Source: Podarcis muralis
Lineage: Eukaryota
DNA length: 64,000 bases
Reading direction: 5' to 3'
NCBI RefSeq assembly: GCF_964188315.1
Contig: NC_135658.1
Location: 60,574,001-60,638,000 of the forward strand
Every line of letters begins with the position of its first letter. Within the stretch, counting starts at the first letter, position 1. Below, piece by piece: positions 35,201 through 49,366 of this stretch. Both the position numbers and the translations under genes were made by a program. The notes under the pieces were generated by a model. The model did no database searches. It worked only from the letters and a program-made list of their open reading frames with translations, and was not told the origin of the DNA.

Positions 35201-37040
35201 CAGAAATAGGGACAAAATAGGAGAAAGGAAAATTCAGAAAGAAAAGCATGAAAAGCAAAGAGAACTATCGGACGTAGAGAAATGAAAAGCAGCTTTCGGG
35301 GGGGGGGGGACACGACCATGAGCATAAACAGGAGGAGTTTTAAGTTGACGGAAGTAAGGATGGAGCAAAGAATTAATCCCAGAGAATTAACGAACCAGAA
35401 AGAGAGGAAACCAACTATGGATCATTTAGCAGAAGAAAAGGAGGTGAGCACAAGTTCCTTGAAATGGACAAAGAAGCAAGAGAATCAAGTGCAGTAGAAA
35501 GAATACATAAACAGTCGCTGGAGGAAAATGTAAGGGAAATGGAAGTTGATAGAGGAGATGATTGAGAAAAAAATATTGAGCCAAATCAATATTATGATGT
35601 AGCGATTACCACTGGGCAGGTAACTGGAACAAGCTTGTTTCTTGCCCCGACCCCTTTCGCAAACCTGCTCCTTTTCTGTCATTTAGTGGCTATTTACACT
35701 AAAGAGTAATAATAATAATAATAAAGCAGCACAAATCTCTAGTCAATTATTCATGGGTAAATCAATGTTCTAAAGAGCCTGTATAATGTAATGGCTTATA
35801 AAAATGTATCCAGTTATGAGATGAGTTATGTTACAATGCAGACAGAGTATAGCCATATACCTCTCACTCTAAAAGGATTCTATTTTGTTCACTGTTTTAC
35901 AGTTCTGAGGTTGCCATATATATGTATTCCATGAGGATGGTATTTTGTTTAGTTCTGGCAGGACAGATTTACAAAATCATGGATCACACACCACAAAATT
36001 TTGATCTAGTTAAAGAGTTTGTACAAAAGGGTGAAGCTGTGGATCCATTCATTGGGCGTGAACAACCCCATCGATACCTATGCCATCCATTGCCCTGTAG
36101 GCTGATATATTCACCCATTCACTTTCAAAATGCACCAGATCAAGCAACCATGAATGGTGTGCATATGCATTGTGTTTGAACCTAGCAACCACTGCTGCAA
36201 TACCATATGAGATCCACAGAGGAGAGAGGGACAGGGATTGTTATAGTCCACCCACCCAGCATACCTGACTCAGGCCAGCCCTAGGATAAATAGCAGGCTG
36301 AGCAAGGCGTGCCAATGCCCTCCCTGTGGTCAGCTTTCAGGTGTTCCTAAATTGTGTGGCTTGTGTTGGATTTCAAAACCCAGCCTTGTAACTAAAAGGC
36401 TCTCCTTCTTCCAGGCTTTCCCATCAATGTCTGTGAAAGGAGCCCAGAGCTACTTCTAAATACAGTATTGTAATTCTGTCCTAGTACACAGCAGACATTA
36501 TTCTGAACATGGGCGTAGCCAGGGTTTTGGGGGGGACTTTGTTAGGGTGGGACAAAAAGCAAACCACTGAGCTCAGCTCAGTGACACCTTCTGCTTAGCA
36601 CCCAAGTGTTGCTCAGTTCATACACCCCTCAACCTGGCCCTGTGCCTGCTCAGAACATTGTAGCATGATGCTCATGTCTACTGCTTTATGGGGCCTACAG
36701 CTAGCCCATATGTTATACCTACAAGTCTCATATGAGCTGGGTGTGGGTTCATTTAACCATGTACTATTTTTCTGCAAAGACATGCTGTCTCTACCATTGG
36801 CTGAGATTTCTTTTTGCCCAGCCCAACTGCTCCTACCTGTTTCTCCCCCTCATTTTGCAACCACAGACTATTTGCCAAATAGGAAACAGATAACAACCTT
36901 TGCCTTATCTGTTGTAGAAAAGTGCCACTGAATGTAAAAATGTCACTAGTTAAGGTCAATATGGTATTTTAAAGTGTCTTCCAAATCACAGTCATGTTAA
37001 GCAATTGGCTTAATGCCAAAGCAAAAAAAAAAAAAGCAGA

Positions 37041-37080
37041 TAGGTAGGTAGGTAGGTAGGTAGGTAGGTAGGTAGGTAGG
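37041..37080. repeat. (TAGG)10 microsatellite
   Basis: Direct reading of the sequence. Confidence 0.97.
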
Positions 37081-37504
37081 ACGGACTAAGCCTGCTTGGA
37101 ATTAGCAATGTACACTTTTGGCTTCAAGCAAGAGCCTTGTGTGCCAAGTTTCAGTCTGAAGAAATATGTACAGCCAAGATGTAAACCTTTGAATGTTACA
37201 ATTTATAACAAAATGACAGTCTTCTGGCATTAAAATTACAATTGCAAAGTTATACATTCCCCCCTCCAAAGTAACCTCTGCCTTCTTGCAGCGTGGCTTA
37301 TATTATTGGTTCTGCTGTATGTCCTAATTAGCACCCCACCTCAAGTGTGTCCTTGTCAGCTTGTCAAAATATCAGAGCCATTCAGAAGGTCCCAAAGGAG
37401 GGAGTCGGAGTAGCAGCAAAGATCAGTCAAATGGAAGCAGTTCCTTTTTCTTTTCTCTATACTTAAAAAGAAACTGGGGGGGGGGGGGGGGAATGGCCAC
37501 AAGA

Positions 37505-37728
37505 TTGGATAGTTTTAAAAGACAGACAAATTGATGGAGGATAAGGCTGTCAACATCTACTAGCCACAGTATGCCTCAATTGTGTTGCTCAGAAACACAA
37601 CTGGAGGGAGTGCTGTTGCATTCAGGTTCTCCTTATGGGCTTCTCACAAGCATCCAGTTGGCCGCAGTGAGAACAGGATGCTGGGCTGAATGGGCCTTTA
37701 GCCTAATGCAACGGGGCTCTTCTTACAT
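37505..37728 (+). mobile_element. Old CR1-type 3'-end fragment
   Basis: AAATTGATGGAGGATAAGGCT...CAGTTGGCCGCAGTGAGAACAGGATGCTGG...CTCTTCTTAC parallels 58775-59015. Confidence 0.55.
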
Positions 37729-39045
37729 TGTGATGTTCATGCGTTGCAGTGATATTAACTCTCTGTGCAATACATAAAGCTCATCTGTGTCAATTTTATT
37801 AAGCTGAATCAGTAAAGAGTCCTTAGGGGGTAATAGTTTGAAGCATATGGTTTTTAAGTTCCAGTGCCAGGCCTTATTGTTGCTGATTTGGCTCCTTCTT
37901 CCTAATCTCCCGCCGTTCCACTGCAAAGCCATCTTGTCTCTTTGAATACAGTGGCATGTCAAGAAGCACTCATTATGCAAAACGTGACACCGATTTCTCT
38001 CGCATATGCTGCTGTCAACAAGCCCAGGGGATGCAGAGTGTGGAGTCCCCGTTTCCCCCTTTTCTTCATTATGCTTTTTGATGCACCATTGCTAATAGCT
38101 TGTGAACATTCTTGTGTTGAGCGCTGGGTGCCTTTAGCAGAATTCCTGCATTTGGCAGAGGAGGAGATGGGCAGCTGCTGGGTTCTGTTACACCATCTGG
38201 ATGGCTCTTCCCCCCCCCCCCCCGAACCCGGCAGGGACAAGAGATTGTAAATCTTGACTTGCCACTTTTCAAAGGGTTAACAAAAGAATTAAGGAGCTGC
38301 ATTAGCATCAGAGAAGGAGGGCAGCTCTGCTACCATGGCTTACGTATGTAGGGTGTTGAGAGAATTTTGTCACTGTGCAGTTGGGGCAACCAAGGAAGAA
38401 GCTAAGGAGGAGGACAATGCGGAGAGTTATGGAAGCCGAGAAAATTACCTTTAGGGAACACAATGCTCTACTGAGCTACAGGAATCCAGCTTTGGTGAAT
38501 TGTTGCAAGTGAATGAAATCTGGAGTTGGAAACAGAGAGAAACATTTTAAAGAGCTGGTTGTCTGTGTATTCTTATTTCAGCAATGAGGTTGTGATACTC
38601 TTTAAATTCAGTTGTTATAGTCTGGGAAATATACGCAAACCATAGTCAGGTAGGAGCGGAGAATTAAAAAACTGTGGAGTATATATTTATATACCTAAAA
38701 TTACCCATTCAAAGTTATTCCTCATCAGCTTGAATTTTCACTTGCCTAGATTTTTTAAAATTTTTAATTCACAGCTATTTAAAACTGTGCTACTGTAACT
38801 TATACCGTTTCAGCATATAGAAAATGGTTATGAATATTTTTTTTAGTTGGGTTGTATTTCTGGAATTGAAGTGTATGAGCAATGCACCTGCCTGCTGTTT
38901 GAGAAGGGGGAAAACCCTGGAGCTCTTTACTGCAAAGCCAACCAGCAGCTGCAGCTTATGCAAGATGTAGCATCATGACTGGTCACTGGGGCAGAATATT
39001 GCTTAAAGAATTGTGCTGGCTCCCAATTAATGACTGAGCTAGGTA

Positions 39046-39271
39046 CAGTGGTACCTCAGGTTAAGAACTTAATTCATTACAGAGGTCTGTTCTTAACCTG
39101 AAACTGTTCTTAACCTGAAGTACCACTTTAGCTAATGGGGCCTCCTGATGCTGCTGTGTTGCCGCAGCATGATTTCTGTTCTCATCTTGAAGCAAAGTTC
39201 TTAACCCAAGGTACTATTTCTGGGTTAGCGGAGTCTGTAACCTGAAGCGTCTGTAACCAGAGGTACCACTG
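39046..39271 (+). mobile_element. Tigger-like MITE
   Basis: TIRs CAGTGGTACCTC / GAGGTACCACTG, TA TSD, 226 bp. Confidence 0.92.
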
Positions 39272-42200
39272 TATTAGCCCTAGACAGCTTGGGATCCAGA
39301 GATCAAATAGATGGCCTACCTTCCTTCAGGTACCATTCAGGTACAAGAATCAGGTATTTAGTGTTGTAGCAGTTAACCTTCGGATTCTCTCCCATTATAT
39401 ATCAGGCAGGTGTCTTATCTAAATGGAGATCTTTATTCCAGCTGGTGCCAGTACTGGATTTGAATTGACTTTATGTATATGCTGCTGTTGTTTTAAACTG
39501 TTTATTTATATATAATTGTACGCTTGTTGTATGTCATAATTGTATGTCATAATTTTTATCTTATTAACAGATTGTGTAAAATTTATTTTCTTTCCTTTTC
39601 CCTCCCCTCTTAAGTTGTACCCCTTTTCGGTATTGTTTTTTTTGTATGTAATAAGCATGGAAATAAGCTTGAAAAAAATAAAATAAAACAATAGACACAA
39701 AAAACTTCTTTGGATATGTGCAATTATTTTAACTGTTTCATATATGTAACTGTTTTATGTATTTTTTCTTATATTGTAATTTTGGGGAGTGCCTCCTAAG
39801 AAGCAATTTATAAATAAAATAAATAATAACAGCATCAACAGAAATGGTGTTTTATTATCTTGTTTTATGTTTATAATGTGTTTTGTATTGGATTGAATAC
39901 TTTCTGTGACTACTTTCTCAAACTACAGATTTGCACCACAGCCAAGATTTGACCTTAAGGGAATTACAAAGCTATACCTTCCCTTGCTGCTTGCCAAATG
40001 TCTTTAGGGCTTAGCTTAGAAGAGCAGCTCAAACGTTTTGACGGGAAACTGCTCCTTGGTTTCAACAGGTGAAAAGGGAGGGAAAAAGAGAGGAAACGTT
40101 AAAGAGGATCAGCTGAAATTTCTATATTATTTATGAATACCATAAAATCCTCCTTACTGAGGATGAGGGACCACATGAAATCATTTTTCTATTTGAATAA
40201 TCCCTGCCCAGGTTCTTTGAAACCTGCTTTGGCATCCCATATTTATTCACCATAAGCATAATGTGTCCCAGCCAGAGGGCAGTAACTTAACTCTAAGCAG
40301 ATAGGAGCACAAAACGGATAATCATAAATCTTATCTTACCACATTTTGCCAGAGAATTAATAAATAACTGCAGTAGGTGTGCAATTAATAGCCTTCTGTA
40401 CAGGTATCTGTATTTTTAGTGTGCACTTTCAAACCTAATACATATTTATAATTCCTCTCGGGTAGGTGGAGTAAACCTGTAAATTAATATATTTCTCCAA
40501 AAGCTGAACAGTGGCTCTCCCAACTCACTATCACACTAAGATTACACAATATTTATTGCAGCCCTGTAGTAAAGATGCTTATTCAGAAGTGAATGCCACT
40601 GGGCTACATGGAATTCCACCTGAGTGGTGTTTTAATGAGAAGTGGTCTATAAATATTTTGAACAAATATCTAGAAATTAATAGAAAAGGTTAGGCTTGTA
40701 TTCTGCCATGTGCAGGTTCTCTCAGAAATAGACCACTTTACGTTCAGCAGGACTTGCAGTGCAACCCTAAGAATGCTTACTGAGAAGTAACACCAACAGG
40801 TCCTAATTTAATGTCACATCCACACCTTACATTTAATGTTCTCGTATATCCCTTTAGGTGTCATTTCTTCCCCCAATCTTAGACACTGCTGTTTGTTAAG
40901 GGTGTGGAGAGTTGTTAGGAGACCCACCAGGGAGCAGCAAGTCCTAGCACCCAGAATAGACTACAGTTCCTGGGATTCTTTGGAAGAAGCCAGGAATGTT
41001 AACATGGTGTAAGCATGCTTTAAATGTATGACGTGGCAGTGACATGGGATAGCAACTTTAGTTCCAAGTAGTTTAAACAGGATTGCCATCTGAGGCTTCA
41101 GCCTTGAGCTGTTGTCCTTATTATCATGCTCAGGTGGCCTTCTCAATGATGGCCCTGAGGATGTAGAACTCTCTCCCTACGGAAGTGCATCTCCCATCAT
41201 CCTTTTCCACCTTCCATTGGTTGCTGAAGATGCACCACTTTACCCTGGCCTTTGAAAATTTAAGAATGGATTTTGGTTTCCACTCTATAACCTGTCAAAT
41301 GGAATTATTCTTTTGAGGTTGTAGATGGGGTTGTTTTCATTGTTTAAGCTCAAGATGTCCTCACTTGGCCTAAATCAAACAAAGTTGGAGGGAAAGGAAA
41401 AGCCAAATGGCTCCCTTTTTCTTTTTGGTTTTCTAAGCAAATTGCACACACACAAAAACTTGCCTGTATGTTCCTATGGATTATTTTATGTCGTAAAGCA
41501 GTCAGGAAATTATTTACACCCAGCTTTTCAAATTTATGTTGTAAAATTTAGCACTAAGCAATACTAAATCAGAAGTTTGTGGTACTGAATGGGTGACATA
41601 GTTATACATCAGAATGATGAATCAGAAGTCAGCTGTTGGGTTAGAAAGTATTATCCGATCAGGCTGCTACGGTACTAATTAATGTTAGCATTGTTAAGCC
41701 AAGCAAAGAAATACAGCCATTTCTGGGTTCAGATGCATAAATTTGTACTGGTACATTTAATGCAGGCCAATGGCAATGCTTTGTTGCTTTAAAAATAATA
41801 ATGCGTGAATTACATGAAAATTGAATAGTCTAGAAGATAAGACATGTTGGGTGCAATTTTAATCACCATGGAACAATGAAGAGGGCTTATGTTCATTTAT
41901 GTAGTTCATGTTGCATAGTGGTAAATGACTAAATTAGGGATGCGTATCAAACCTAGTTGCAGTTTTGTTCTGGTGTTACGCATATTTTAAGACCATCACT
42001 ATCTGGGTTGTTGCTAGGTCTTTAAAGGACTCAGAGCACAGGCTCGTGACACAAGTTAGTACATGCTGATTCACACGTGTATATAGATACTTCTGTGAAC
42101 ATTGGGATAGAGGGGGCATCACCGGCATTGGAGCATTTGCAGTGTGCCAGCAGCCCAGTAAGCAAGGATTAAAAGGGGACGGAGGAGACAAAGAGGCAGG

Positions 42201-43241
42201 AGATCAGTGTCCAGTGGAAAAATCGCTGGTCCCAGTTCTTAATCTGAATACACTATTACTGTGCTGGTCAGATGCTGCATAGTCCACTTATGAACTGGAT
42301 GTAATGGAAGTCCCTGATCCCTTAACGGGCGTGGGGGTGGGAATTCAATTCAGTTTGCATTTAAAGGTGACTTTATCAGACTTGCACTTTCTGAAACAAT
42401 ATGCAAATTGAAACACAGCTCTCTTTTGGTCTCTGGAGGGACAGGGCTGATCTCACTCAGCCGTGGAGGAAACAAATATGGTGCTTCTGCCACTTATCAG
42501 GGTTGGTTGGGGGAGAGGCCAAGATCACACAGGTGCACAAGTGAAGCCAATTCAGTGCTCCGGCCTTGCTGCTATTCCTTTGCAGAGACTGCTGGGAAGT
42601 CGATCTTGCAGTGCCCCCACCCTGCAAGGCTGACTGTTCCTGCTAGAGTCCATCAGATGCGTGAAGTTTCCCCCCTAAAGTTGCTGGTATAAGACATGTG
42701 GTGTCAATGGGGAAATGTTAAATGCTGAAAAGGAAATGCTGAAAATCTAGGCAGCGGTAATTATATTATTAGCAGTGATTATTTACAAACCAAAAAGTTT
42801 AGATGGCAGAAACACCCCTGCATTAAACATTGAATTAACACATGCAGCGTGATTAAAAAAACAGTGATAAGCCACAGGTGATAGCATTCAACCTCTGTAT
42901 AAATTGTAATTCAGCCATTTTTTGTGGCAGGCTTCCTCTGAAGTTCCTTTTTGTTTTTGTTCGAGAATATCCATCTTAAGGTCAGTGGCAGTGTCCTAGG
43001 AGATTGTAATGTTCTTCCACTTGTTTCTGAAAATTGCTATTTCTGATGTCCGATTTGTATCCCTTTATTCACTCAAGTAGATACTACCCTGTTTGTCCTA
43101 TGTAGACTGCAGAAGGGCATTGCTGGCAGATGATACTGTATAACACATTGGAAGATAAGCAGGTGAATAAAAGTCAGTAGTAATTCTAGGGCTGTAATAA
43201 GGCGTGGAGATCTGGGTCCCCATAGTGACTGCCTCTAGTTA

Positions 43242-43597
43242 AAAAGGTAAAGGTACCCCTGCCCGTACGGGCCAGTCTTGACAGACTCTAGGGTTGTGCG
43301 CCCATCTCACTTAAGAGGCCAGGGGCCAGCGCTGTCCGGAGACACTTCCGGGTCACGTGGCCAGCGTGACAAGCTGCATCTGGCGAGCCAGAGCCGCACA
43401 CGGAAATGCCGTTTACCTTCCCGCTTGTAAGCGGTCCCTATTTATCTACTTGCACCCGGGAGTGCTTTCGAACTGCTAGGTTGGCAGGCGCTGGGACCGA
43501 GCAACAGGAGTGCACCCCGCCGCGGGGATTCGAACCGCCGACCTTTCGATCGGCAAGCCCTAGGCGCTCATGGTTTTTACCCACAGCGCCACCCGCG
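43242..43597 (+). mobile_element. Full-length Sauria SINE
   Basis: Complete head to CCCACAGCGCCACCCGCG tail. 8-bp TSD TCTAGTTA at 43234-43241 and 43598-43605. Confidence 0.95.
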
Positions 43598-43719
43598 TCT
43601 AGTTACTTTGATCTTAAATATGGCTTAGTGTTAGTCCTTTCTCTCTCTCTCTCTCCCCCCCCCCACACTTTAAAATTGTTTCATCCACTACTAGTGCAAT
43701 GGTAGCTTCGTGTTCTCCT

Positions 43720-44290
43720 CAGGAGCAAAAGAAGGCGTCGTGACACCCGGGGTGAGGCGTCACTATGTAGGGCGCATGTGCGGCATAACTATGTACAACA
43801 CAGGCGCTGTATGTAGTGATGCTACACATGCGCTGTACAGTGGTACCTCATGTTAAGTACTTAATTTGTTCTGGAGGTCCATTCTTAACCTGAAACTGTT
43901 CTTAATCTGAAGCACCACTTTAGCTAATGGGCCCTCCTGCTGCCGCCGCGCCGCCGGAGCACGATTTCTGTTCTCATCCTGAAGAAAAAGTTCTTAACCC
44001 GAGGTACTATTTCTGGGTTAGCGGAGTCTGTAACCTGAAGCGTATGTAACCTGAAGCGTATGTAACCCGAGGTACCACTGTACCTAGCGGTTTGCCGCTG
44101 GCGCCAGGATCCTCTGCTCACAGCTGCAGCCACGAATGGAGGATCCTCCACATGCGGTTGCGGTGGCGCAATGGCTGCTCGTGCCACCGTGCCCAGGCCA
44201 GGGCAGCAGGGCAAGCACCCCATGGGCACTTCACCTCCCAGATGTGGAACCCAGGGCGCAACCCCCAGCACCCCCACTGCGACGCCACTG
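43720..44290. mobile_element. hAT-type MITE (~326 bp) hosting a nested Tigger-like MITE
   Basis: CAG...CTG termini, right end GCGACGCCACTG. Perfect 8-bp TSD GTTCTCCT at 43712-43719 and 44291-44298. Confidence 0.8.
43838..44080 (+). mobile_element. Tigger-like MITE (nested)
   Basis: TIRs and TA TSD intact, 243 bp. Confidence 0.92.
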
Positions 44291-45022
44291 GTTCTCCTCC
44301 TCACTCTTAGGAACAGGTCCCTCGTTCTAATTGAGGGGGAAAGGATTTAACATTTTCAAAAATCTATGCAGGCACTCTCCTGAGCCACCTTACCCAGAAT
44401 GCCTCACTCAGCCTCTAAGAATGGACTCCCTGCCCTTTTCTCATAGTGGGGGAAAGAGTGCAAAACACTGTTGCTGTGTAAGCAGTGGCAAAAACAATGG
44501 TAAAGTTCAAGGATGAAGAAGGAATATACAGAGGCTTGGGGGTGGAGGAAGCAGAAGAGCAATCTTTGGTTGCCTCCTGTTTCAAGTTAAAGCACCTGGT
44601 CCCCTCTCCCCAAGTCTACTTGAAGTTGTGCCTGACAGTACTAAATTAGGACCTATAATCATGTTGTTTTAGTAGAAACAGGGAGAGAGTAGCTAACAGA
44701 TGAGAAATATACTTCAACCTCTTATTCCACGTTTTTCTCCCATAGCTGTTTCCTAGGTTTGCAGCATTTCAGCATGCCACAGTAGCTGTGACCTCGCCAT
44801 CAACTTGGTTTGCACACATATGCAAGTCGATAAAGATAATTTTGATGCTATGAAAACTTCATTGACTAATTTCTGCTTAACAAGGTACTGTAAAAGTAGA
44901 AGAAAAGTAAGAGATTTATTTCTGGTCATTTGGCAACACCATTAGCCCCCTACCCCATCCCATCCCATCTCATCCCACCCTACCCCCGGTCATCAGTATT
45001 AAATATTTTCCACTCCACAATA

Positions 45023-45248
45023 CAGTGGTACCTCGGGTTGCATATGCTTTGGGTTACAGACTCCGCTAACCCAGAAATAGTGCTTCAGGTTAAGAACTTT
45101 GCTTCAGGATGAGAACAGAAATTGTGCAGCGGTGGCGCAGCGGCAGCAGGAGGCCCCATTAGCTAAAGTGGTGCTTCAGGTTAAGTACAGTTTCAGGTTC
45201 AGAACAGACCTCCAGAACGAATTAAGTTCTTAACCCAAGGTACCACTG
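45023..45248 (-). mobile_element. Tigger-like MITE, opposite orientation
   Basis: Same TIRs and TA TSD; the internal sequence is the reverse complement of the other copies. Confidence 0.92.
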
Positions 45249-46378
45249 TACTGAAATGCCTAGAAACCCATTCACTACTTTATTCCATACAGCAAACAGA
45301 AGTTTAATTCAGAAATGGATTAACAAATTAAACAGTGCTCTAGAACACAAGGGGGTTACATCAGTTTATTGTATAGGGAGCATCAGTTAACAGAGAGGAT
45401 CGACCCAAATATAAAGCAATAGCATGAACAAATAAATGCCACTCGAGCTACTAGTTGTTAAGCAAACTATATTCTCCAATGTCTGCCCTAGTCCATGCAT
45501 TATGTAATTTATGTGACACTTTATATTTAAGTCATAGAGACAACTTTCTCCTTTAGTATGAGCACTGCAGTGTCGAAAGCAACAAGGACAGTACACAAGC
45601 GAAACTGATGCTACACTGGGGTCCCCATTTAACCTCACTATGTTTAGCCCTACTCAAGTCATCCGTGCATAACAGTATATATTGGTAAAGGTACTATTTA
45701 CATTTATATAACCAAAATGAAATGGCAAGAGACATCCCATCTGCAAAGCTGTTAGCCTCGCTTGCCCGAGAAAGCCATGCATCTCTGATGTGGCACACTG
45801 AAGGAAATATTAGAAATGTATATTCCTCCCAATGTGTAAGATGACAACAACGCAAACCTTGGCCAGGAGATTATCTTAATATGTTGCCGGTATCACTAAA
45901 TCAGTACAAGAATTATGTGCCAGCATCCCTGAGCATTTAGGAAGCTTCACTGGAGCAAATGAATCAAAGGACGTGGGGGGGGGGTAGGGAAGCTTTTGAA
46001 AGTTTATTTACACACAGGGACCATGTCAGTGGAGTAAAGAGAATGCAGAGTTATGGAATTAGAACTCCTAAGCAAGCACAGCACCATTTGATATTTTAAA
46101 GAAACAAAAGTGCTTTAAAGGAGATGCAGGATTTCTACCTTTATCAACCAAGCAGTCAGAAGATGCCACACATATATAACTTGTCAACTTCTTTAACTAC
46201 CATGCCTGGTGAAAATATTTGCCATTTACCATCTAGGCCAGAGGGTGCTTCAGCCTGTTCCTACAACACCCGAGATGGAGGATTTGTCAACTCAGCCTTT
46301 GTGGGCTCATTCTTTTGTTTCAACCCTGTAGGTCAGAGGGTGTCTTACACTTTTCCTGTTGTGCATAATTGCTGTGTT

Positions 46379-46710
46379 AAAGGTAAAGGGTAAAGGGACC
46401 CCTGACCATTAGGTCCAGTCGTGACCGACTCTAGGGTTGCGGCGCTCATCTCACTTTATTGGCCGAGGGAGCCGGCGTACACCTTCCGGGTGATGTGGCC
46501 AGCATGACTAAGCCACTTCTGGCGAACTAGAGCAGCACATGGAAACACTGTTTGCCTTCCCGCTGGAGTGGTACCTATTTATCTACTTGCACTTTGACGT
46601 GCTTTCGAACTGCTAGGTTGGCAGAAGCAGGGAGCTCACACCGTCACGGGGATTCGAACCGTCGACCTTCTGATCAGCAAGTCCTAGGCTCTGTGGTTTA
46701 ACCCACAGCG
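46379..46710 (+). mobile_element. Sauria SINE (second subfamily), short 3' truncation
   Basis: AAAGGTAAAGGGTAAAGGGACCCCTGACC head and shared core CTATTTATCTACTTGCAC..GTGCTTTCGAACTGCTAGGTTGGCAG. Ends at CCCACAGCG; no TSD seen. Confidence 0.9.
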
Positions 46711-49214
46711 GTTCTGAATAATTTTTTTTTTAGGGAGAGGCTATTGATATTTATATTTTAGTTTGTTCTTTTCCTTTTTCTATGCTCCTCCAGACGGCTT
46801 CCATTTTACAGGTGGGATTCAGTCGCATACTGGCAAATTCAGGTTGTACAACTCTTCTGCAACAACCCACTTCCTGAAGGGGAAAAAAGAAGACTTTTGG
46901 TGCTAAGGAAAGTGACAGGAAAATGCTCCGGAATGTGTGGGATAACAATTGAATGACATGACATCATATAACCTTCTGACAGACTTTATGTGGACAAATC
47001 AGGATGAATGCTCAACAATAGGCTGTCTGGAAGCGGCCTATGACCATAAACTGAAGTGATGACTAGCATGAAAGACTTTTTGATGTAAAGGGTTCAGTTT
47101 CAATGAATCGTCTTCTGATGAATGGTCTAAAAACAAAGTGAGGCCTTTTGAGGATAACCTTTCACAATACAACCATACTGAGGAATAGCAAGGCCTGAAC
47201 AGAAACCTGACCTATGGTAACAGGCCCTGAATAGTAATTCACTGTTCAACTAGCTGAGAAGAGTACCACTGTTAGAGCATTTTGCAACTGCGGTCCAAGT
47301 CACAGTGCCTCCAGCCCAGCAAGTTACTAGAGAGAGGGGTGATATTTAAAAGGCATTGACCTAAATGTAAAAGACAATTAATGGCAATTGGGAGGGTTTG
47401 CTTTTTAGCCAACAGAACTGCAAAAGGCAAGCACAGCTGGCTTTTTAAAGCATTGCTGGTCATGGCAGCTGCCAATGCCTAGCCAGCCATAAGGTGGGGC
47501 CTTTGATTGGCCTATTTCAAGCTGGCATTCAGACAGGAAGTCCCACCCTGAGATTGGGCCAGCCAGGGGGGGTTCCAAACGACTGGCAAACACATGCAAG
47601 CTGATTGCTGGGGTGGCAGCAGAGAGCGATGGGTCACAACCACTACCCATCTGGAAAGGCTGAGCGTCCATTGCAGTCCCAGTCTCTATGCCACCCACTC
47701 CGGCAAGTGAGGAGAGAGAGGTGTGATAGAGCAAACTCAAACAGACAACAATATGGATTAAAAAGTGCCCACAACTTTATTGATTGCACTCCTAGAGCAT
47801 TATGTACATAGTATTGATTTTTAGCTTTGTATTATATTTGACATAGTGCTAAGTATGTAGTACTATCAGTGCAGATACTTCTGCTTGCACAAGTTTACTC
47901 CCCCCCCCCAATATGTCCCCATTAATCTGTTCTAAGGGTTCCCCCTAATCTCTGGAACAGATTTGGGGAGCTTGCTGACAGGACGAGTTAATGAAATACA
48001 ACATTTTGTTCTATTATTTTGTTTTCATGTGTATATTGTATTGATTTTAATGTCACTTGCTCTTGAAATATCCTGGCAAAGAAGAGTGGGTAAGAAATGT
48101 CTTCTGTAAAAATAAATAAATAAGGATGATTGTGTATGTCTCCATTTCTCACTATGCTTAAGAATGGGCGACACTGGCCAGATTGTTAGAAATGGAACAA
48201 CTTCACAGGAGCTATTATAATTGCAAAATGTGAGGAATGCCTAATTGCAAAAGATAAGGAAATTATTTCATTGAAGAGAGGGATCACTTCGGATGAATTG
48301 CTGCAGCCTGTAGAATTTTATTCTTTTGATTTCTTTATAATCACAAGTCTCCATCTGTAAGAACAGGGAGCACTTACAAGCTAAAGGCAGAATACACTCA
48401 AGCACCAGCCATGTCTTCAGCATCCAAATAACTGGGCAGTACTTTTGTGTTCTTCTTAACATTTTCTCCAATTGCAACCCATAAAATGCACAACTCTAAA
48501 CTACCCACCAAGTATTGTCACAATTAATCACTTTTCATTTGTGATGGGGAAACACCCACCAGGGATGAGGAGAGTACTATTGAGTGATTCTAAAAGAAAC
48601 TTCTGTTGTTTGCCTTTAGATCGGCTTTGTCCTTCTTTAAAGTATTAGGAAATGAGGTAATGAAACATTGGTATATGAAACTCAAGAGGCTAGCTGAAAT
48701 TGTTTCCTCTCAAAAAAATCAAGCTATGAATTCGACCATTTCCAGCAGTGAAGATCTGCAATGATTTCCTCCTCTTCCTTCTCCTCCTCATTTTTGTGAG
48801 ATAATCTTGCTGTAAATTTGGGACTTAAGAAAGTTCAGTGTCTGCAGATATATTTTAATCCATTGGTTTGACTTGTCTCCTGTTTTCTTAATGTGGATTG
48901 GAGCAAAGAGGCATACTTCCACTTCTGCCAGCGATTTGATGTGTGGCACTGAGGAAAATCAAACTTTCTGGGTCAGAGCTACAGCTGGATTATATTTGTT
49001 TGGCTACATTGATTTGCCACACTTGAATTTAGTGCAGCTGCACTAATTTGCACCAGCTGCAGGGATGCTGACAGAGGTCCCAATTGACTTATTTGTTAGA
49101 TGGGGATTGGAGGCCAAAATATTTTCTCACCATTTTTTGAAACTGTTACCCAGCTTTAAATATCCAAACATTGCATTCCCACATGCAAGGTAAAGCCACA
49201 TGTATGCTACATCT

Positions 49215-49366
49215 CAGGAATGCGAGCTTGGCCCCACACACATGGGTGCCCAGGGCCATGGGTGCCATGCAGTGTGCATGGCCCTGGCACCGAAAATTTG
49301 TGGGTGCCTGGCCCCTATATGTAGAATTTTGTGGGTGCTCAGGCACCCAGGAAGTTTGCACCTATG
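49215..49366. mobile_element. 152-bp hAT MITE
   Basis: Perfect 8-bp TSD CTACATCT at 49207-49214 and 49367-49374. Right end AAGTTTGCACCTATG; left end degenerate. Confidence 0.7.

Noticed and set aside
44025-44080. Short regular 16-bp repeats TGTAACCTGAAGCGTA that could suggest an array
   Set aside because: They are subterminal repeats of the Tigger-like MITE, with no spacers or cas genes; not CRISPR.
44756-44883. 128-nt open-frame exon candidate on plus (VCSISACHSSCDLAINL...)
   Set aside because: Weak donor (AAG|GTACTG), competing upstream AG and an unrecognised peptide.
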